Source: an uncultured Eubacteriales bacterium
GTDB taxonomy: Bacteria; Acidobacteriota; Aminicenantia; Aminicenantales; Saccharicenantaceae
Reading direction: 5' to 3'
DNA length: 64,000 bases
Assembly: GCA_964574895.1 (NCBI GenBank)
Contig: CAZNPB010000006.1
Coordinates: forward strand, 16,879-80,878
Shown here piece after piece: positions 51,293-61,063 of this stretch. Made by a program: the position numbers and the translations under genes. The first letter of the stretch is position 1. Each line of letters opens with the position of its first letter. Below the pieces are notes generated by a model. That model was not told the origin of the DNA, ran no database searches, and saw only the letters and a program-made list of their open reading frames with translations.

Positions 51293-52230
51293 CAGGCGTC
51301 CGGAAGGCCGATCTCGGGCGGCGTCCGCAGGGTGAACTCGATCGAATAGGCCAGCTCCTCGGACATGCGCTGGATGGCCTTGGCCGCGGCCGCGTCCCGG
51401 TGGTCGGGGTAGTAGGGCCGCAGGCCGCGCAGCGAGGCCTGGACGTCCTCGTCGTAGGGCACCGCGCCCAGGTACTTCATGTCGATGAGCAGGTACTTGC
51501 GGGCCACGTCGGCCACCGAGCGGCCGAGCAGCACGTCGCGCTCGTCGCGGGTCTTGTTCATGACCAGGCAGGGCCGGAAGCCGCGCAGGGCCCGGTAGAG
51601 GATGGTGCCGTAGGAGCGGTCGGTCTCCATGAGGGACTTGAAGAAGCCGTAGAGCGTCTGGGAGTTCTTCTCGATCTGGTCCAGCATCTTCTGGTGCAGG
51701 TCGCGGATCTTGTAGTGGTCCATGTAGAGCTTGAGGACCCGCATGATGCACGACTTCAGGAACAGGTAGGTGTTCTCGATGGCCGTCGGCTCGGGGGTGG
51801 CCACGACGACCCCGGGGTTGGCGCTCAAGAAGAAGTCGAGCGTGTTGTAGCTGCTGCCCGTGCCCAGGTCGAGGATGACGTTCGAGGTCGGCAGCTGGCG
51901 GATCTGGCGGAGCAGCCGGAGCTTGCGGAAATGGGCCAGGTTGGCGATGAACAGGATGTTCTCCGAGCCCCGGACCAGGCGGAGGTTCTTGAACGGGGTC
52001 TCGACGGCCGCTTCTTCCAGGGTGGGGACGGCCCCGGTCAGGAAGTCGCCGAGGTCCGGGTGGGCCGGCTTCATCCCCAACAGGGTGTGCAGGTTGGGCG
52101 CGCCGAGGTCGGCGTCGAGCAGGATGACGTCGCGGTCCAGGGAGGCCAGGTGGAGCCCCAGGTTCGCGGCGACGAAGCTCTTGCCCGTGCCGCCCTTGCC
52201 GCCGCCGATAGCCCAGATCCTTTTTTCCAT
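51292..52230 (-). CDS. MinD/ParA/FlhG-family P-loop ATPase
   Basis: Deviant Walker A GGGKGGTGKS. Walker B …VILLDADLG…. 312 aa. Confidence 0.8.
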   Translation of the reverse strand: MEKRIWAIGGGKGGTGKSFVAANLGLHLASLDRDVILLDADLGAPNLHTLLGMKPAHPDLGDFLTGAVPTLEEAAVETPFKNLRLVRGSENILFIANLAHFRKLRLLRQIRQLPTSNVILDLGTGSSYNTLDFFLSANPGVVVATPEPTAIENTYLFLKSCIMRVLKLYMDHYKIRDLHQKMLDQIEKNSQTLYGFFKSLMETDRSYGTILYRALRGFRPCLVMNKTRDERDVLLGRSVADVARKYLLIDMKYLGAVPYDEDVQASLRGLRPYYPDHRDAAAAKAIQRMSEELAYSIEFTLRTPPEIGLPDA

Positions 52231-52356
52231 CCTGAACCTAATCCAAAACCTTGGCCCCGAAGGTCATTTCTACCATAGACGGGGCGGGAATTCAACGCGG
52301 CGGCGAACCGATCATCCTCGCGCCCGAGATCCCCTCCCGCGGCGGCGATGGGCGTC

Positions 52357-52393
52357 AAAAAAAAGGGGACACGTCCCGCCGGGACATGCCCCC
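52357..52393 (-). terminator. intrinsic terminator of the NSS transporter gene (12-bp stem with 2 mismatches, then U8)
   Basis: aaaaaaaa GGGGACACGTCCC gcc GGGACATGCCCC read directly. Confidence 0.55.
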
Positions 52394-52401
52394 TTTCCCG
52401 T

Positions 52402-54099
52402 TCAGACGGTCTTGGCTTCGCCGCCTTCGACGGCCGCGATCCGTTTCTTCTTCCAGGCCTTGCGGATGAGCAGGCACATGAGCAGGATCAGACCCGTGAT
52501 CAGCGCCCGGGCGCCCCAGAGGTAGGGCTTGTTGGCGGCCTCCTCGCCCTTCATCAGGAACTTGCCGACGGCGTCCTGGACGGTCCACATGACTAGCAGG
52601 ACGAGCAGGTAGACCGGGGTGACATAGGTCATGATGACCTTGAAGATCTTCGGCACTTTGAGGTCGGCGCCCTTGTGCATCTCGGTCCAGCCCTTCTTGA
52701 GCCCGAAGACCCAGGAGAAGAGGACGATCTCGATGGCCGCGAAGACGACCAGGCCGAACGTGCCGGCCCAGAAGTCGAGCTCGTCGAGGAAGCCGAAGCG
52801 GAAGAAGGCGATGACCATGGCGCTGCAGGCGATGAGCACGGCGAAGACGGCCTTGACCGCCTTCTCGCGCTTCCATTTGAACTCGTCCTCGAGGAAGGCG
52901 ATGGCCGGCTGGCTCATGGCCACCGACGAGGTGATGCCGGCGATGAAGAGCAGGAAGAAGAACATGCCGCCGAAGATCTGGCCCAGGGGGATCTTCTGGA
53001 AGATGACCGGCAGCGCCGTGAACCCGAGGTTGTAGGAGCCGCCCTGGGCGATGGCCTGGGTCTCGGCGGCGCCGAAGAAGATGACGGCGGCCGGGATGGC
53101 GATGGTGCCGCCCAGGATGACCTCGGCGAACTCGTTGGTCGAGGCGGTCGACAGGCCGTTCAGGGTGATGTCCTGCTTTTCCCGGACGTAGGAGGCGTAG
53201 GTGTTAATGATGCCCTGGCCCAGGCTCAAGGTGAAGAAGATCTGCCCCGCCGCGGCCAGCCAGACCGAGGCCGACCCCAGGCGGCCGAAATCGGGGTTCC
53301 AGATGAAGCCCAGGCCGGTCGAGATGTTGAGCTCCGGCGCGGACGGGTCGGGCGTGCCCAGGGTCAGGACCCGGACGACCAGGACGATGCCGAAGATGAA
53401 GAGGAGCGGCATGCCGTACTTGGCCAGGACCTCGATGCCCTTGGAGATGCCCTTGTACAGGAAGAAGAAGTTCAGGGCGATGGTGATGGTCCAGAAGATC
53501 AGGATGGGGGCCATGGAGCTGAAAAACTCGTTCGATTCCAGGCCTTGGAACCCGTGCAGGAACCGGCCCATGGCCTCCCGGTTGGCGTGGCCGAAATACT
53601 TTCCGGTCAGCGAGAACCAGGAGAAGCCCAGGCACCACGACTCGACGAAATTGTAGTAGATGACGATGAGGAAGGGGATGACGATGCCCAGGGCGCCCAG
53701 GTACTTCGAGGGGGCCTTCTTCCAGAGCAGGTTGAGCATGCCCGGCGTCGTGCCGTGGCCGTGGGCGCCGCCCATGCGGCCGATCGTCCACTCGACCCAC
53801 ATCATGGGGATGCCGAGCAACAGGAAGGCCACGAAATAGGGGATCATGAAGGCCCCGCCGCCGTTGGAGGAGGCCTGGACCGGGAAGCGCAGGAAGTTGC
53901 CCAGGCCGATGGCGTTGCCGGCCACGGCCAGGATCAGGCCGACCCGCGAGCCCCATTGCTCGCGGCCGCCGGCTTCGATGACGACCTCCGGCTTCTTGGC
54001 GAACAGGACGCGGGAGAAGCAGTAAATGGTCAGGGTCAGGATGAATCCCCATCCGAAGATGAGGAAGAACCAGCCGTTTCCGGTCAGGCCTTGCGTCAT
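52402..54099 (-). CDS. sodium-dependent transporter, neurotransmitter:sodium symporter (SNF/NSS) family
   Basis: GNAIGLGNFLRFP signature. 12 predicted TM segments. GAGGAGG SD. Confidence 0.85.
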   Translation of the reverse strand: MTQGLTGNGWFFLIFGWGFILTLTIYCFSRVLFAKKPEVVIEAGGREQWGSRVGLILAVAGNAIGLGNFLRFPVQASSNGGGAFMIPYFVAFLLLGIPMMWVEWTIGRMGGAHGHGTTPGMLNLLWKKAPSKYLGALGIVIPFLIVIYYNFVESWCLGFSWFSLTGKYFGHANREAMGRFLHGFQGLESNEFFSSMAPILIFWTITIALNFFFLYKGISKGIEVLAKYGMPLLFIFGIVLVVRVLTLGTPDPSAPELNISTGLGFIWNPDFGRLGSASVWLAAAGQIFFTLSLGQGIINTYASYVREKQDITLNGLSTASTNEFAEVILGGTIAIPAAVIFFGAAETQAIAQGGSYNLGFTALPVIFQKIPLGQIFGGMFFFLLFIAGITSSVAMSQPAIAFLEDEFKWKREKAVKAVFAVLIACSAMVIAFFRFGFLDELDFWAGTFGLVVFAAIEIVLFSWVFGLKKGWTEMHKGADLKVPKIFKVIMTYVTPVYLLVLLVMWTVQDAVGKFLMKGEEAANKPYLWGARALITGLILLMCLLIRKAWKKKRIAAVEGGEAKTV

Positions 54100-54244
54100 G
54101 GGACCTCCTCGGGATCGCAGAACAGGTTTGATACCATAGGACCGCCCCGCCTGTCAAAACAAATCCGCGCCCTTGCCTTTCGGGGCGTTTTCTGTTATCG
54201 TGAACCGTCTCGATCGCTGAATTCTCCGCAGGAGCCGACGAACT

Positions 54245-54649
54245 TTGGACGCATTCGGGAACATCGACAGCAAATACCGTTTCATCATCCTGGCGGCCAA
54301 GCGCGCCAAGCAGCTCCTCAAGGGCGCCAAGCCCAAGATCGAATCCAAGTCCCGGAACCCGATCCGCATCGCCCAGGCCGAGGTCCGCGGCGGTCTCGTC
54401 GAGTACGAGATCATTCCCGCGCGGATGGACGACATCCCCGAGCGCGAAGAGCGCCTCTTCGTGGGCGCCGGCATCCCCGACGAGGCCGTGGAATCCGACG
54501 GCCTGGCCGGCAAGGACCTGCCCGACGAGGAGATCGAGCTCGCCCACGCGGACGAGGCCGAAGTCGTCGAGGAGGAGGCCGAGGGCGAGGACGAGAACGA
54601 GGACCTCGAAGGCGAGGAAGGCCTCGGCAAGGACGACAAGGACGAATAG
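54245..54649 (+). CDS. rpoZ: DNA-directed RNA polymerase subunit omega with acidic C-terminal tail
   Basis: SKYRFIILAAKRAKQL matches the RpoZ core motif. Confidence 0.75.
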   Translation: MDAFGNIDSKYRFIILAAKRAKQLLKGAKPKIESKSRNPIRIAQAEVRGGLVEYEIIPARMDDIPEREERLFVGAGIPDEAVESDGLAGKDLPDEEIELAHADEAEVVEEEAEGEDENEDLEGEEGLGKDDKDE

Positions 54650-54667
54650 CGCCCGGCCGCCCGCCGG

Positions 54668-55192
54668 CTAGTCCGGCCCGGCCTCTCCCTCCCGGATCCC
54701 CAACAGATCGACATAGCTGCGGGTGATGAAGTCCGCCCGTTCGAACCCCAGCGCCCGGGCGAAGCGGGTGATCTCGTGGCGTTCTCCCTCGAGCTCGAGG
54801 AAGTTCCCGGCCGCCGTCTCGTCGATGCAGATCGTCAGGCGGCTCTTCCGCAGCACGGTCCGCCGCTTCCGGTAGGACAGGACCTCGCGCAGGCCCAGGG
54901 CCTTGAGGATCCGCCGGGCGTCCTTCGGATCGCGGACCTGGGTCTCGAACTCCTCCCGGACCTTGAAGGACCGCGATTTCCGCGGCTCGCCTTTGAAGGT
55001 CAGCGTGGCCCGGCGGCCGGCCGCCCGCAGACGCAGGGCCCGGCCCGCCTGCCGGAGGGTCCCGGCGGCGAAATCGAACATGACGCTGGTCTCGAGATGG
55101 CGCTCCCGGGCCAGGACGGCCCCCCGGGCCAGGACCTTCTCGCGCCAGGCCATCGGATCGTCGATCCGGATCTTGACCTCGATCTCGGTCAT
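54668..55192 (-). CDS. CYTH-domain protein (class IV adenylate cyclase / triphosphatase fold)
   Basis: Starts MTEIEVKIRI (the ExExK motif of CYTH). ~174 aa. Confidence 0.65.
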   Translation of the reverse strand: MTEIEVKIRIDDPMAWREKVLARGAVLARERHLETSVMFDFAAGTLRQAGRALRLRAAGRRATLTFKGEPRKSRSFKVREEFETQVRDPKDARRILKALGLREVLSYRKRRTVLRKSRLTICIDETAAGNFLELEGERHEITRFARALGFERADFITRSYVDLLGIREGEAGPD

Positions 55193-55208
55193 GGCTCTCG
55201 CTCCCGCC

Positions 55209-56249
55209 CTATTTCTTCCGCAGCAGGCTGAAGAGGGCCAGCCGGACCAGGGATTCCTTGGTCGCCGTGTCCGGAAAAGGCGCGATGGCCTCGAGGGCCC
55301 GTTCGGCGTAGCTTCGGGCCCGGGCCGCGGCGTGATCGAAGGACCCGGCGCCGGCCAGGGCCTCGATGACGGCCCGGCCGTCCGCGGCGGACAGGTCTTT
55401 CCGCCCGATGAGGTCCCGGAGCCGGCCTTGCCCCGCCCCATCGGCGGAACCGAGCGCGTGGATGAGCGGCAGGGTGATCCGGCCCTCGCGGAGGTCGGAC
55501 AGGACCGGTTTGCCGAGGACCCCGGCGTCGCCCGTGAAATCGAGCAGGTCGTCGACGATCTGGAAGGCCATGCCCAGGTTCAGGCCGAAGGCGGCGACGG
55601 CCTCTTCCTCCTCGGGCGAGGCCAGGCCCAGGATGGCCCCGATCCGGCAACAGACGCCGAACAGGGCGGCCGTCTTGTTCCTGACGATCTCCAGGTACCG
55701 GGCCTCGGTGATCCCCGGGTCGCCCGACCGGGCGTACTCGTCGAGCTCGCCCTCGATCATCAGGGCCGAAACGTCCGTCAACAGGCGGATGACCCGCGCG
55801 TGGCGCGACTGCAGGGACAGGCCGATGGACTTGATGTACAGGTAGTCGCCGAGGAGGACGGTGATGTTCGGGCCCCATTTCGAATGGACCGTCTCCTTGC
55901 CGCGGCGCAGCCCGGCGTTGTCCACGATGTCGTCGTGGATGAGGCTGGCCGTGTGCAGGAGCTCGACGAGCGAGGCCAGGAAGACCGATTCCTCGCTGCC
56001 GGAGGTGAAGAGCCGGGCGGTCAGCAGGACGAGCGCCGGCCGCAGGCGCTTGCCCTTCTTGCCCAGGACGTAGCGGCTGATCTCGGCCGTCAGCGGATTG
56101 GAGGACCGGGACCAGGACTCGAGCCGGTCCTCGACCCGGTCGAGGTCGGCCCGGACCTCCCCGTAGAGAGGGGACGCGTCCGGCCACGCCGTGACGGCGG
56201 ACCAGCGGTCGACGAGCGGCGTGGGCGGGATCATCGTTGGCGGCGCCAT
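55209..56249 (-). CDS. polyprenyl diphosphate synthase (trans-IPPS, hepta/octaprenyl-type)
   Basis: LIHDDIVD and FQIVDDLLD aspartate-rich motifs. Start ambiguous (TTG 56276, ATG 56249 or 56234). Confidence 0.8.
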   Translation of the reverse strand: MAPPTMIPPTPLVDRWSAVTAWPDASPLYGEVRADLDRVEDRLESWSRSSNPLTAEISRYVLGKKGKRLRPALVLLTARLFTSGSEESVFLASLVELLHTASLIHDDIVDNAGLRRGKETVHSKWGPNITVLLGDYLYIKSIGLSLQSRHARVIRLLTDVSALMIEGELDEYARSGDPGITEARYLEIVRNKTAALFGVCCRIGAILGLASPEEEEAVAAFGLNLGMAFQIVDDLLDFTGDAGVLGKPVLSDLREGRITLPLIHALGSADGAGQGRLRDLIGRKDLSAADGRAVIEALAGAGSFDHAAARARSYAERALEAIAPFPDTATKESLVRLALFSLLRKK

Positions 56250-56250
56250 C

Positions 56251-57060
56251 TTAACATCGGCCCGCCGCTTTTTCAAACGGGAACAGGCGGGAGAACGTCC
56301 CGGTCGTGGCCTCGGCCAGGTCCTCGAGCGCCAGGCCCTTGAGGCCGGCCAGGACCCGGGCCGTCTCGACGACGTAGGCCGGCTCGTTGCGCCGACCGGC
56401 GCCGCGGTAGGGGACGGGGGCGAGGTAGGGGGAATCGGTCTCGACGAGCAGGCGGTCGAGCGGGACCCGGGCGGCGACCTCGCGCAGGGCCCCGGCCTTG
56501 GGGAAGGTCAGGATGCCGGAGAACGAGATCAGGAAGCCCCGGTCGAGCATGGCCGAGGCGATCGCCCAGTCCTCGGTGAAACAGTGCAGGACCCCGCCCC
56601 GCCCGAAGCGCTCGCCGTCGACCGCCGCGACGACGTCCGCTCCGGCCAGACGGCTGTGGAGGATGGCCGGCAGCCCGAGCCGCTCCGCCAGGGCCAATTG
56701 GGCCCGCAGGGCCCGGCGCTGGGCCTCCGGCGGGGAGAAGTCGTAGTGATAGTCGAGCCCGATCTCCCCGACGGCCCGGATGGCCGAGCGGCCGGTCAGG
56801 GCCTCGAGGTCCCGGAGGTGGCCTTCGGTCAGGTCCTTGGCCTGGTGGGGGTGGACGCCGGCCGCGGCCAGGACCGGTCCGAACTCGGCCGCCAGGGCCG
56901 CGATCGTGGCCAGGCTGTCCGGGCGGGTCAGGTCGGCCGGGCAGAGGATGGCCGCCAGGCCCGCGGCGAAGGCCCGGCGGACGACCGCGGAGCGGTCCGC
57001 GTCGAACTCGGGCATGTCGAGGTGGGCGTGGGAGTCGACGAGGCGGGGCGGCTTGGCCAT
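56251..57060 (-). CDS. tatD: TatD-family metal-dependent deoxyribonuclease/hydrolase
   Basis: VDSHAHLD, GEIGLDYH, …LVETDSPYL motifs. Confidence 0.8.
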   Translation of the reverse strand: MAKPPRLVDSHAHLDMPEFDADRSAVVRRAFAAGLAAILCPADLTRPDSLATIAALAAEFGPVLAAAGVHPHQAKDLTEGHLRDLEALTGRSAIRAVGEIGLDYHYDFSPPEAQRRALRAQLALAERLGLPAILHSRLAGADVVAAVDGERFGRGGVLHCFTEDWAIASAMLDRGFLISFSGILTFPKAGALREVAARVPLDRLLVETDSPYLAPVPYRGAGRRNEPAYVVETARVLAGLKGLALEDLAEATTGTFSRLFPFEKAAGRC

Positions 57061-57065
57061 GGGGG

Positions 57066-57104
57066 AAAAAAAAGGGGACACGTACCGCGGCGGTACGTGT
57101 CCCC
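57066..57104 (-). terminator. intrinsic terminator of the DUF885 gene (perfect 14-bp stem GGGGACACGTACCG/CGGTACGTGTCCCC, 3-nt loop, then U8)
   Basis: Read directly. Shares the A8-GGGGACACGT motif with 52357-52393. Confidence 0.7.
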
Positions 57105-57113
57105 GATCTGACG

Positions 57114-58856
57114 TTACTGGGCCAGCTTGACCTTCAGCTTGGTGAGCGGAATGGCGCCGTAGTTGAGGAGCTTCTGGAGGAACTCCTTGGCGCTGAAGGA
57201 CTCGCCCTTGAGCTTGCGGTAGTCCTTCTCCATGTCCAGGATCTCCTGGTAGCCGATGTAGGCCTGGGCGCCTTCGCCGGGATTGAGGACGATCTGGGTC
57301 CAGCGGCGCTCCGCTTCGGCCTTGGTCATGAAGCCGCGGAGGGTCATGTAGTCGATGACCTTGTCCTTGGTCCAGGTGCCCTCGTGGACGTTGATGTCCA
57401 TCTGGAAATCGATGACCGTCTTGAGCATGAGCTTGAGCTGGTTGAGGCGCATGCGCAGGTCGTAGTTGCCGTAGCCGGTCTCCATGAAGAGGTCCTCCAG
57501 GAAGATCGGCCAGCCCTTGAGCAGGCCCTGGTTGGCGGCCATGCGGCGGATGACGGAGGGGTCTTTCCGGGTCATCGCCAGGGGCACGAACGAGCCGGGG
57601 TAGATCCGCTGGATGGTCGAGAAGTCCATATAATAGTTGTTGTGCTCTTCCAGGAACGAGGTGGCCATGTCGGCCGCCCATTCCGCGGGCACGGGCTTGA
57701 CGTAGAGCGTGTAGGGCCCGGCGGCCTCGAAAGCCCCGGGGTGCGAGAGCTGCGTCCAGCGGCCGGGCTGGCCGTAGGCGGGCATGGGCTCGATGGCCAG
57801 CTCGTCGGCCGGCAGCTCGATCAGGCTCTGCTGCTGGATGAAGGTCTTGAGGCCGCCCGCGGCCGTGCCGATGCGGCTGACGAAATCGGCGGGGGGGACG
57901 TGGTCGCTCTTGATCTTGTCGAGCACGCCCTGGATGACGGTGTTGCGGGTCTGTTCCTCGCCCTTGGTCCGGCCCAGCTGCTCGATGTCGACGTTCGGGT
58001 ACATGATCTTGTAGAAGGGGATGCAGACGAGGAACATGTCCCGGCGGATGTTGTTGAAGTCGGCCAGGGAGCGCTGAACGACCTCCTCGAGGATGGGCAG
58101 GTTGCCCTGGGTCGTCCGGCGCAGCAGGCGCAGGTGCGGGTCGGGCATGCGGAAGTTCCCGGTCGACTTGGCCAGGAGCTCGCCCTTCAGCCAGCGCTGG
58201 TAGTCCTCGAGGGCCGTGACGGCCTTGCCGGCCTCGGCCTGGAGGGCGGCGGCGCCGCCGGAGAGCTTCGGGATCTCGACCCGGTAGAAGTCGATGATGG
58301 CCGGCATCTGGTCGATGGCCGCCTGGGTGTATTCGGGGGGCGGGTTCTTCAGGCTGTCCTTGGCCCGCTTGACCAGGCCGGGGATGAGCTTGGCCCGGGC
58401 CGCGGCCGCCGCGGCGTTGGCGCCGCCGTTCTTGACCAGGAGGCTCCGCAGGCTCTGGACGAAGAGGTCGTTGTAGAGGAGCGGATTGTCCTGCCAGGGC
58501 AGCGTGTACTGGAGCTTCAGGAACTCGAGATCGAGGAAGTCGAGGTACATCTCGAGATCGAGGAGGTTCTCCGCGGAGAGCTTGCTCCGGTCGATCTTGG
58601 TGACCAGCTCCTGATTGAATCCGTCCAGGACCTCGTTGAACCTGTCGAGAGCCCCTTCGCTCGGGTCCTCGAGCTTGTCGTTGTACTTGGCGAAGCCCTG
58701 GAGGGTCCCGGCGGTGGGATAGAACTTGAAGTAGGCGTCCCAGAAGGAGTCCTGGAACTTCTTGAACTTGGCGTCCTCGGCCGACTGGGCCAGCAGGGCG
58801 CCCGTCGCGCAGGCGAAAAGGGCCAGCGCGACGACGACGACGGCTGTTCTTTTCAT
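57114..58856 (-). CDS. DUF885-family secreted protein (putative peptidase-like)
   Basis: Signal peptide MKRTAVVVVALALFACATGALLA. ~580-aa length and overall pattern typical of DUF885 (memory-based). GAGGAGG SD. Confidence 0.5.
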   Translation of the reverse strand: MKRTAVVVVALALFACATGALLAQSAEDAKFKKFQDSFWDAYFKFYPTAGTLQGFAKYNDKLEDPSEGALDRFNEVLDGFNQELVTKIDRSKLSAENLLDLEMYLDFLDLEFLKLQYTLPWQDNPLLYNDLFVQSLRSLLVKNGGANAAAAAARAKLIPGLVKRAKDSLKNPPPEYTQAAIDQMPAIIDFYRVEIPKLSGGAAALQAEAGKAVTALEDYQRWLKGELLAKSTGNFRMPDPHLRLLRRTTQGNLPILEEVVQRSLADFNNIRRDMFLVCIPFYKIMYPNVDIEQLGRTKGEEQTRNTVIQGVLDKIKSDHVPPADFVSRIGTAAGGLKTFIQQQSLIELPADELAIEPMPAYGQPGRWTQLSHPGAFEAAGPYTLYVKPVPAEWAADMATSFLEEHNNYYMDFSTIQRIYPGSFVPLAMTRKDPSVIRRMAANQGLLKGWPIFLEDLFMETGYGNYDLRMRLNQLKLMLKTVIDFQMDINVHEGTWTKDKVIDYMTLRGFMTKAEAERRWTQIVLNPGEGAQAYIGYQEILDMEKDYRKLKGESFSAKEFLQKLLNYGAIPLTKLKVKLAQ

Positions 58857-58954
58857 GAGTTCCTCCTCAACGGACTCGAAAATCCTAGCACACTTCCGCG
58901 GTGCCAGACAAACCCTTTTTTACCCTCGGTGTATATGAAGACGGCCTTTTTGCC

Positions 58955-59971
58955 CTACCAGCGGAGGAAGGCCGAGGCCCAGGTGTAACCGGAGCCGAAG
59001 GCCGTCAGGACCACCAGGTCGCCGCGCTTGATCCGGCCGCTCTTGACGGACTCGTCGAGGGCGATGGGGATGGAGGCGGCGGTCGTATTGCCGAAGCGGT
59101 CGATGTTCCGGACGACCTTCTCGACCGGGATCTTGAGGCCCTTGGCCACCTGGAGCGAGATGCGGTCGTTGGCCTGGTGGGGGATGAGGGCGTCGATGTC
59201 CTCGACGGCCAGCCCGTTGTGGGCCAGGCCGGTGCGGACCGCCTCGGGCATGCGCTGGCAGGCGTTGACGAAGACGTTGCGGCCCTCCATCCTGGGGAAG
59301 AAGCGGCCTTCCCCGAAGAAGGCCGGCTGGAAGGTCGGGCTGTCCTTGGAGCTGGGCTTCTCCATCCACAGGTGGGAGACGAAGTTGCCGTCGGCGTAGA
59401 GATGGGTGGAGAGGAGGCCGCGGCCGTCGTCCTCGAGGTGGGGCTCGAGGATGATCGCCCCGGCCCCGTCGCCGAACAGGACCGACATGTCGCGGCCCTT
59501 GTCCGAGAAGTCGAGGTTGGACGACTGGACCTCGGCGGCCACCAGGAGGATGCGCTTGTAGGTGCCCGCCTTGATGTACTGGTCGGCGACCGACAGGGCG
59601 TAAAGGAAGCCGCTGCACTGGTTGCGGACGTCCAGGGCGCCGGTCGTGCCCAGGCCCAGCTTGGCCTGGACCATGACGCCGATGCCCGGGAAATAGTGGT
59701 CGGGCGACAGCGTGGCGGCGACGACGAAGTCGATGGTCGCGGGATCGATCCGGGCGTCGGCGATGGCCCGGCGGGCGGCCTCGACGGCCAGGTCGGAGGT
59801 GCCCACCCCGGGCTCGACGTGATGGCGCTCGCGGATGCCGCTCCGTTCGCGGATCCATTCGTCGGACGTGTCCATCAGCTTTTCGAGGTCTTGGTTGGTG
59901 ACGACGCGGGGCGGGACGTAGTGGCCGGTACCGGTGATGACGGTCCGCGGTGCGTTCATGCTCGTTTTCAT
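58955..59971 (-). CDS. fabH: 3-oxoacyl-ACP synthase III (KAS III)
   Basis: Active-site Cys in NQCSGFLYAL. His/Asn region …IPHQANDRI…. C-terminal GSGYTWA. Confidence 0.85.
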   Translation of the reverse strand: MKTSMNAPRTVITGTGHYVPPRVVTNQDLEKLMDTSDEWIRERSGIRERHHVEPGVGTSDLAVEAARRAIADARIDPATIDFVVAATLSPDHYFPGIGVMVQAKLGLGTTGALDVRNQCSGFLYALSVADQYIKAGTYKRILLVAAEVQSSNLDFSDKGRDMSVLFGDGAGAIILEPHLEDDGRGLLSTHLYADGNFVSHLWMEKPSSKDSPTFQPAFFGEGRFFPRMEGRNVFVNACQRMPEAVRTGLAHNGLAVEDIDALIPHQANDRISLQVAKGLKIPVEKVVRNIDRFGNTTAASIPIALDESVKSGRIKRGDLVVLTAFGSGYTWASAFLRW

Positions 59972-60023
59972 TATAGAGGATGCCTCCCCAAAAATAAACT
60001 CCGGTCCGCGGCCGCGGCCCGGG

Positions 60024-60998
60024 TCACAACAGGCCTTTCCAGAGGTACCAGGCGATGGTCTCGCCCAGGCCCTGTTCCAGAGAGAAGACCGTCTCGAAGC
60101 CCAGCTCGCGGCGGGCCTTGCCGACGTCGGCCACCCAGCCGTCGGGCTTCATCTGCTTGACCTTGCTGACGTTGGCCAGGCTCTGGTCCACCCCGAGGAG
60201 GCGGCCCAGGCCTTCCGAGGCGATCGAGGCCAGGTAAGCCGACCAGAACGGCACGTAGACCGGTACGGTCCGCTTGCCCAGCAGCCGGGCCGAGACGCGG
60301 CCGATGTCCTCCCAGCCGCAGGGCCGGGGGCAGGCCAGGTTGAAGATCTCGCCGCTCGGACGCCCGGGCCGGCCGGCCCGCAGGCAGGCCCGCACCGCGT
60401 CCCGGACGTAGACGAGGCTCATGATCTTGCGGGAGCCCAGCACGGGCCGGATGCCGCGCCGGATCCAGCGGAAGAACTCGAGGAAGTCCTCGTCGCGGGG
60501 GCCATAGATGGCCGCCGCCCGGAGGATGACGACGGAGAAGCGGTCCCGGAATTTCAGGACCTCGGCCTCCGCCTGGAGCTTGCTCTCGCCGTAGGGGGAG
60601 ACCGGGCGGGGCGGGTCGTCCTCGGTCACCCCGCGGCCGGGGCGGGACGGCCCGACGGCGGCCAGGCTGCTCAAGTGAACGAAGCGCAGGCCCGGCGGCT
60701 GGCCCTCCAGGGCCCGGAGCAGATTTGCCGTCCCCTCGCGGTTTACGGTATAATACTCGGCCGGCCGGAGGGTTTTGGTCAATCCGGCCAGGTGGTAGAC
60801 GCAGGTCAGACCGGCCGGCAGGCGGGGCGGCTTCCGGAGGTCCCCGGCGACGAAGCGCACCCCCTCGACCCCCTGAAGCCAGCGCAGCTTCGATGGGTCG
60901 CGGACCAGGGCGTAGACCTCGACACCGGACTCCTCGAGGAGGGCCTCGACGAGATGGCTCCCGAGAAAGCCTGTTCCTCCGGTGACCAGCACCCGCAT
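60024..60998 (-). CDS. NAD(P)-dependent epimerase/dehydratase-family (extended SDR) protein
   Basis: VLVTGGTGFLGSHL Rossmann motif, YGESK catalytic Y-x3-K. Confidence 0.8.
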   Translation of the reverse strand: MRVLVTGGTGFLGSHLVEALLEESGVEVYALVRDPSKLRWLQGVEGVRFVAGDLRKPPRLPAGLTCVYHLAGLTKTLRPAEYYTVNREGTANLLRALEGQPPGLRFVHLSSLAAVGPSRPGRGVTEDDPPRPVSPYGESKLQAEAEVLKFRDRFSVVILRAAAIYGPRDEDFLEFFRWIRRGIRPVLGSRKIMSLVYVRDAVRACLRAGRPGRPSGEIFNLACPRPCGWEDIGRVSARLLGKRTVPVYVPFWSAYLASIASEGLGRLLGVDQSLANVSKVKQMKPDGWVADVGKARRELGFETVFSLEQGLGETIAWYLWKGLL

Positions 60999-61063
60999 GG
61001 GCGGCATTCTATGAGATTCGGCCGCGGCGGTCAACGGCCCCGTGCCGAAAGGGAGGAGACCAG

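Noticed and set aside
54140-54200. Small hairpin GCCC-ttgcctttc-GGGC followed by T-rich tract upstream of rpoZ
   Set aside because: Stem only 4 bp, and no upstream plus-strand gene to terminate. Possibly just 5'-UTR structure.
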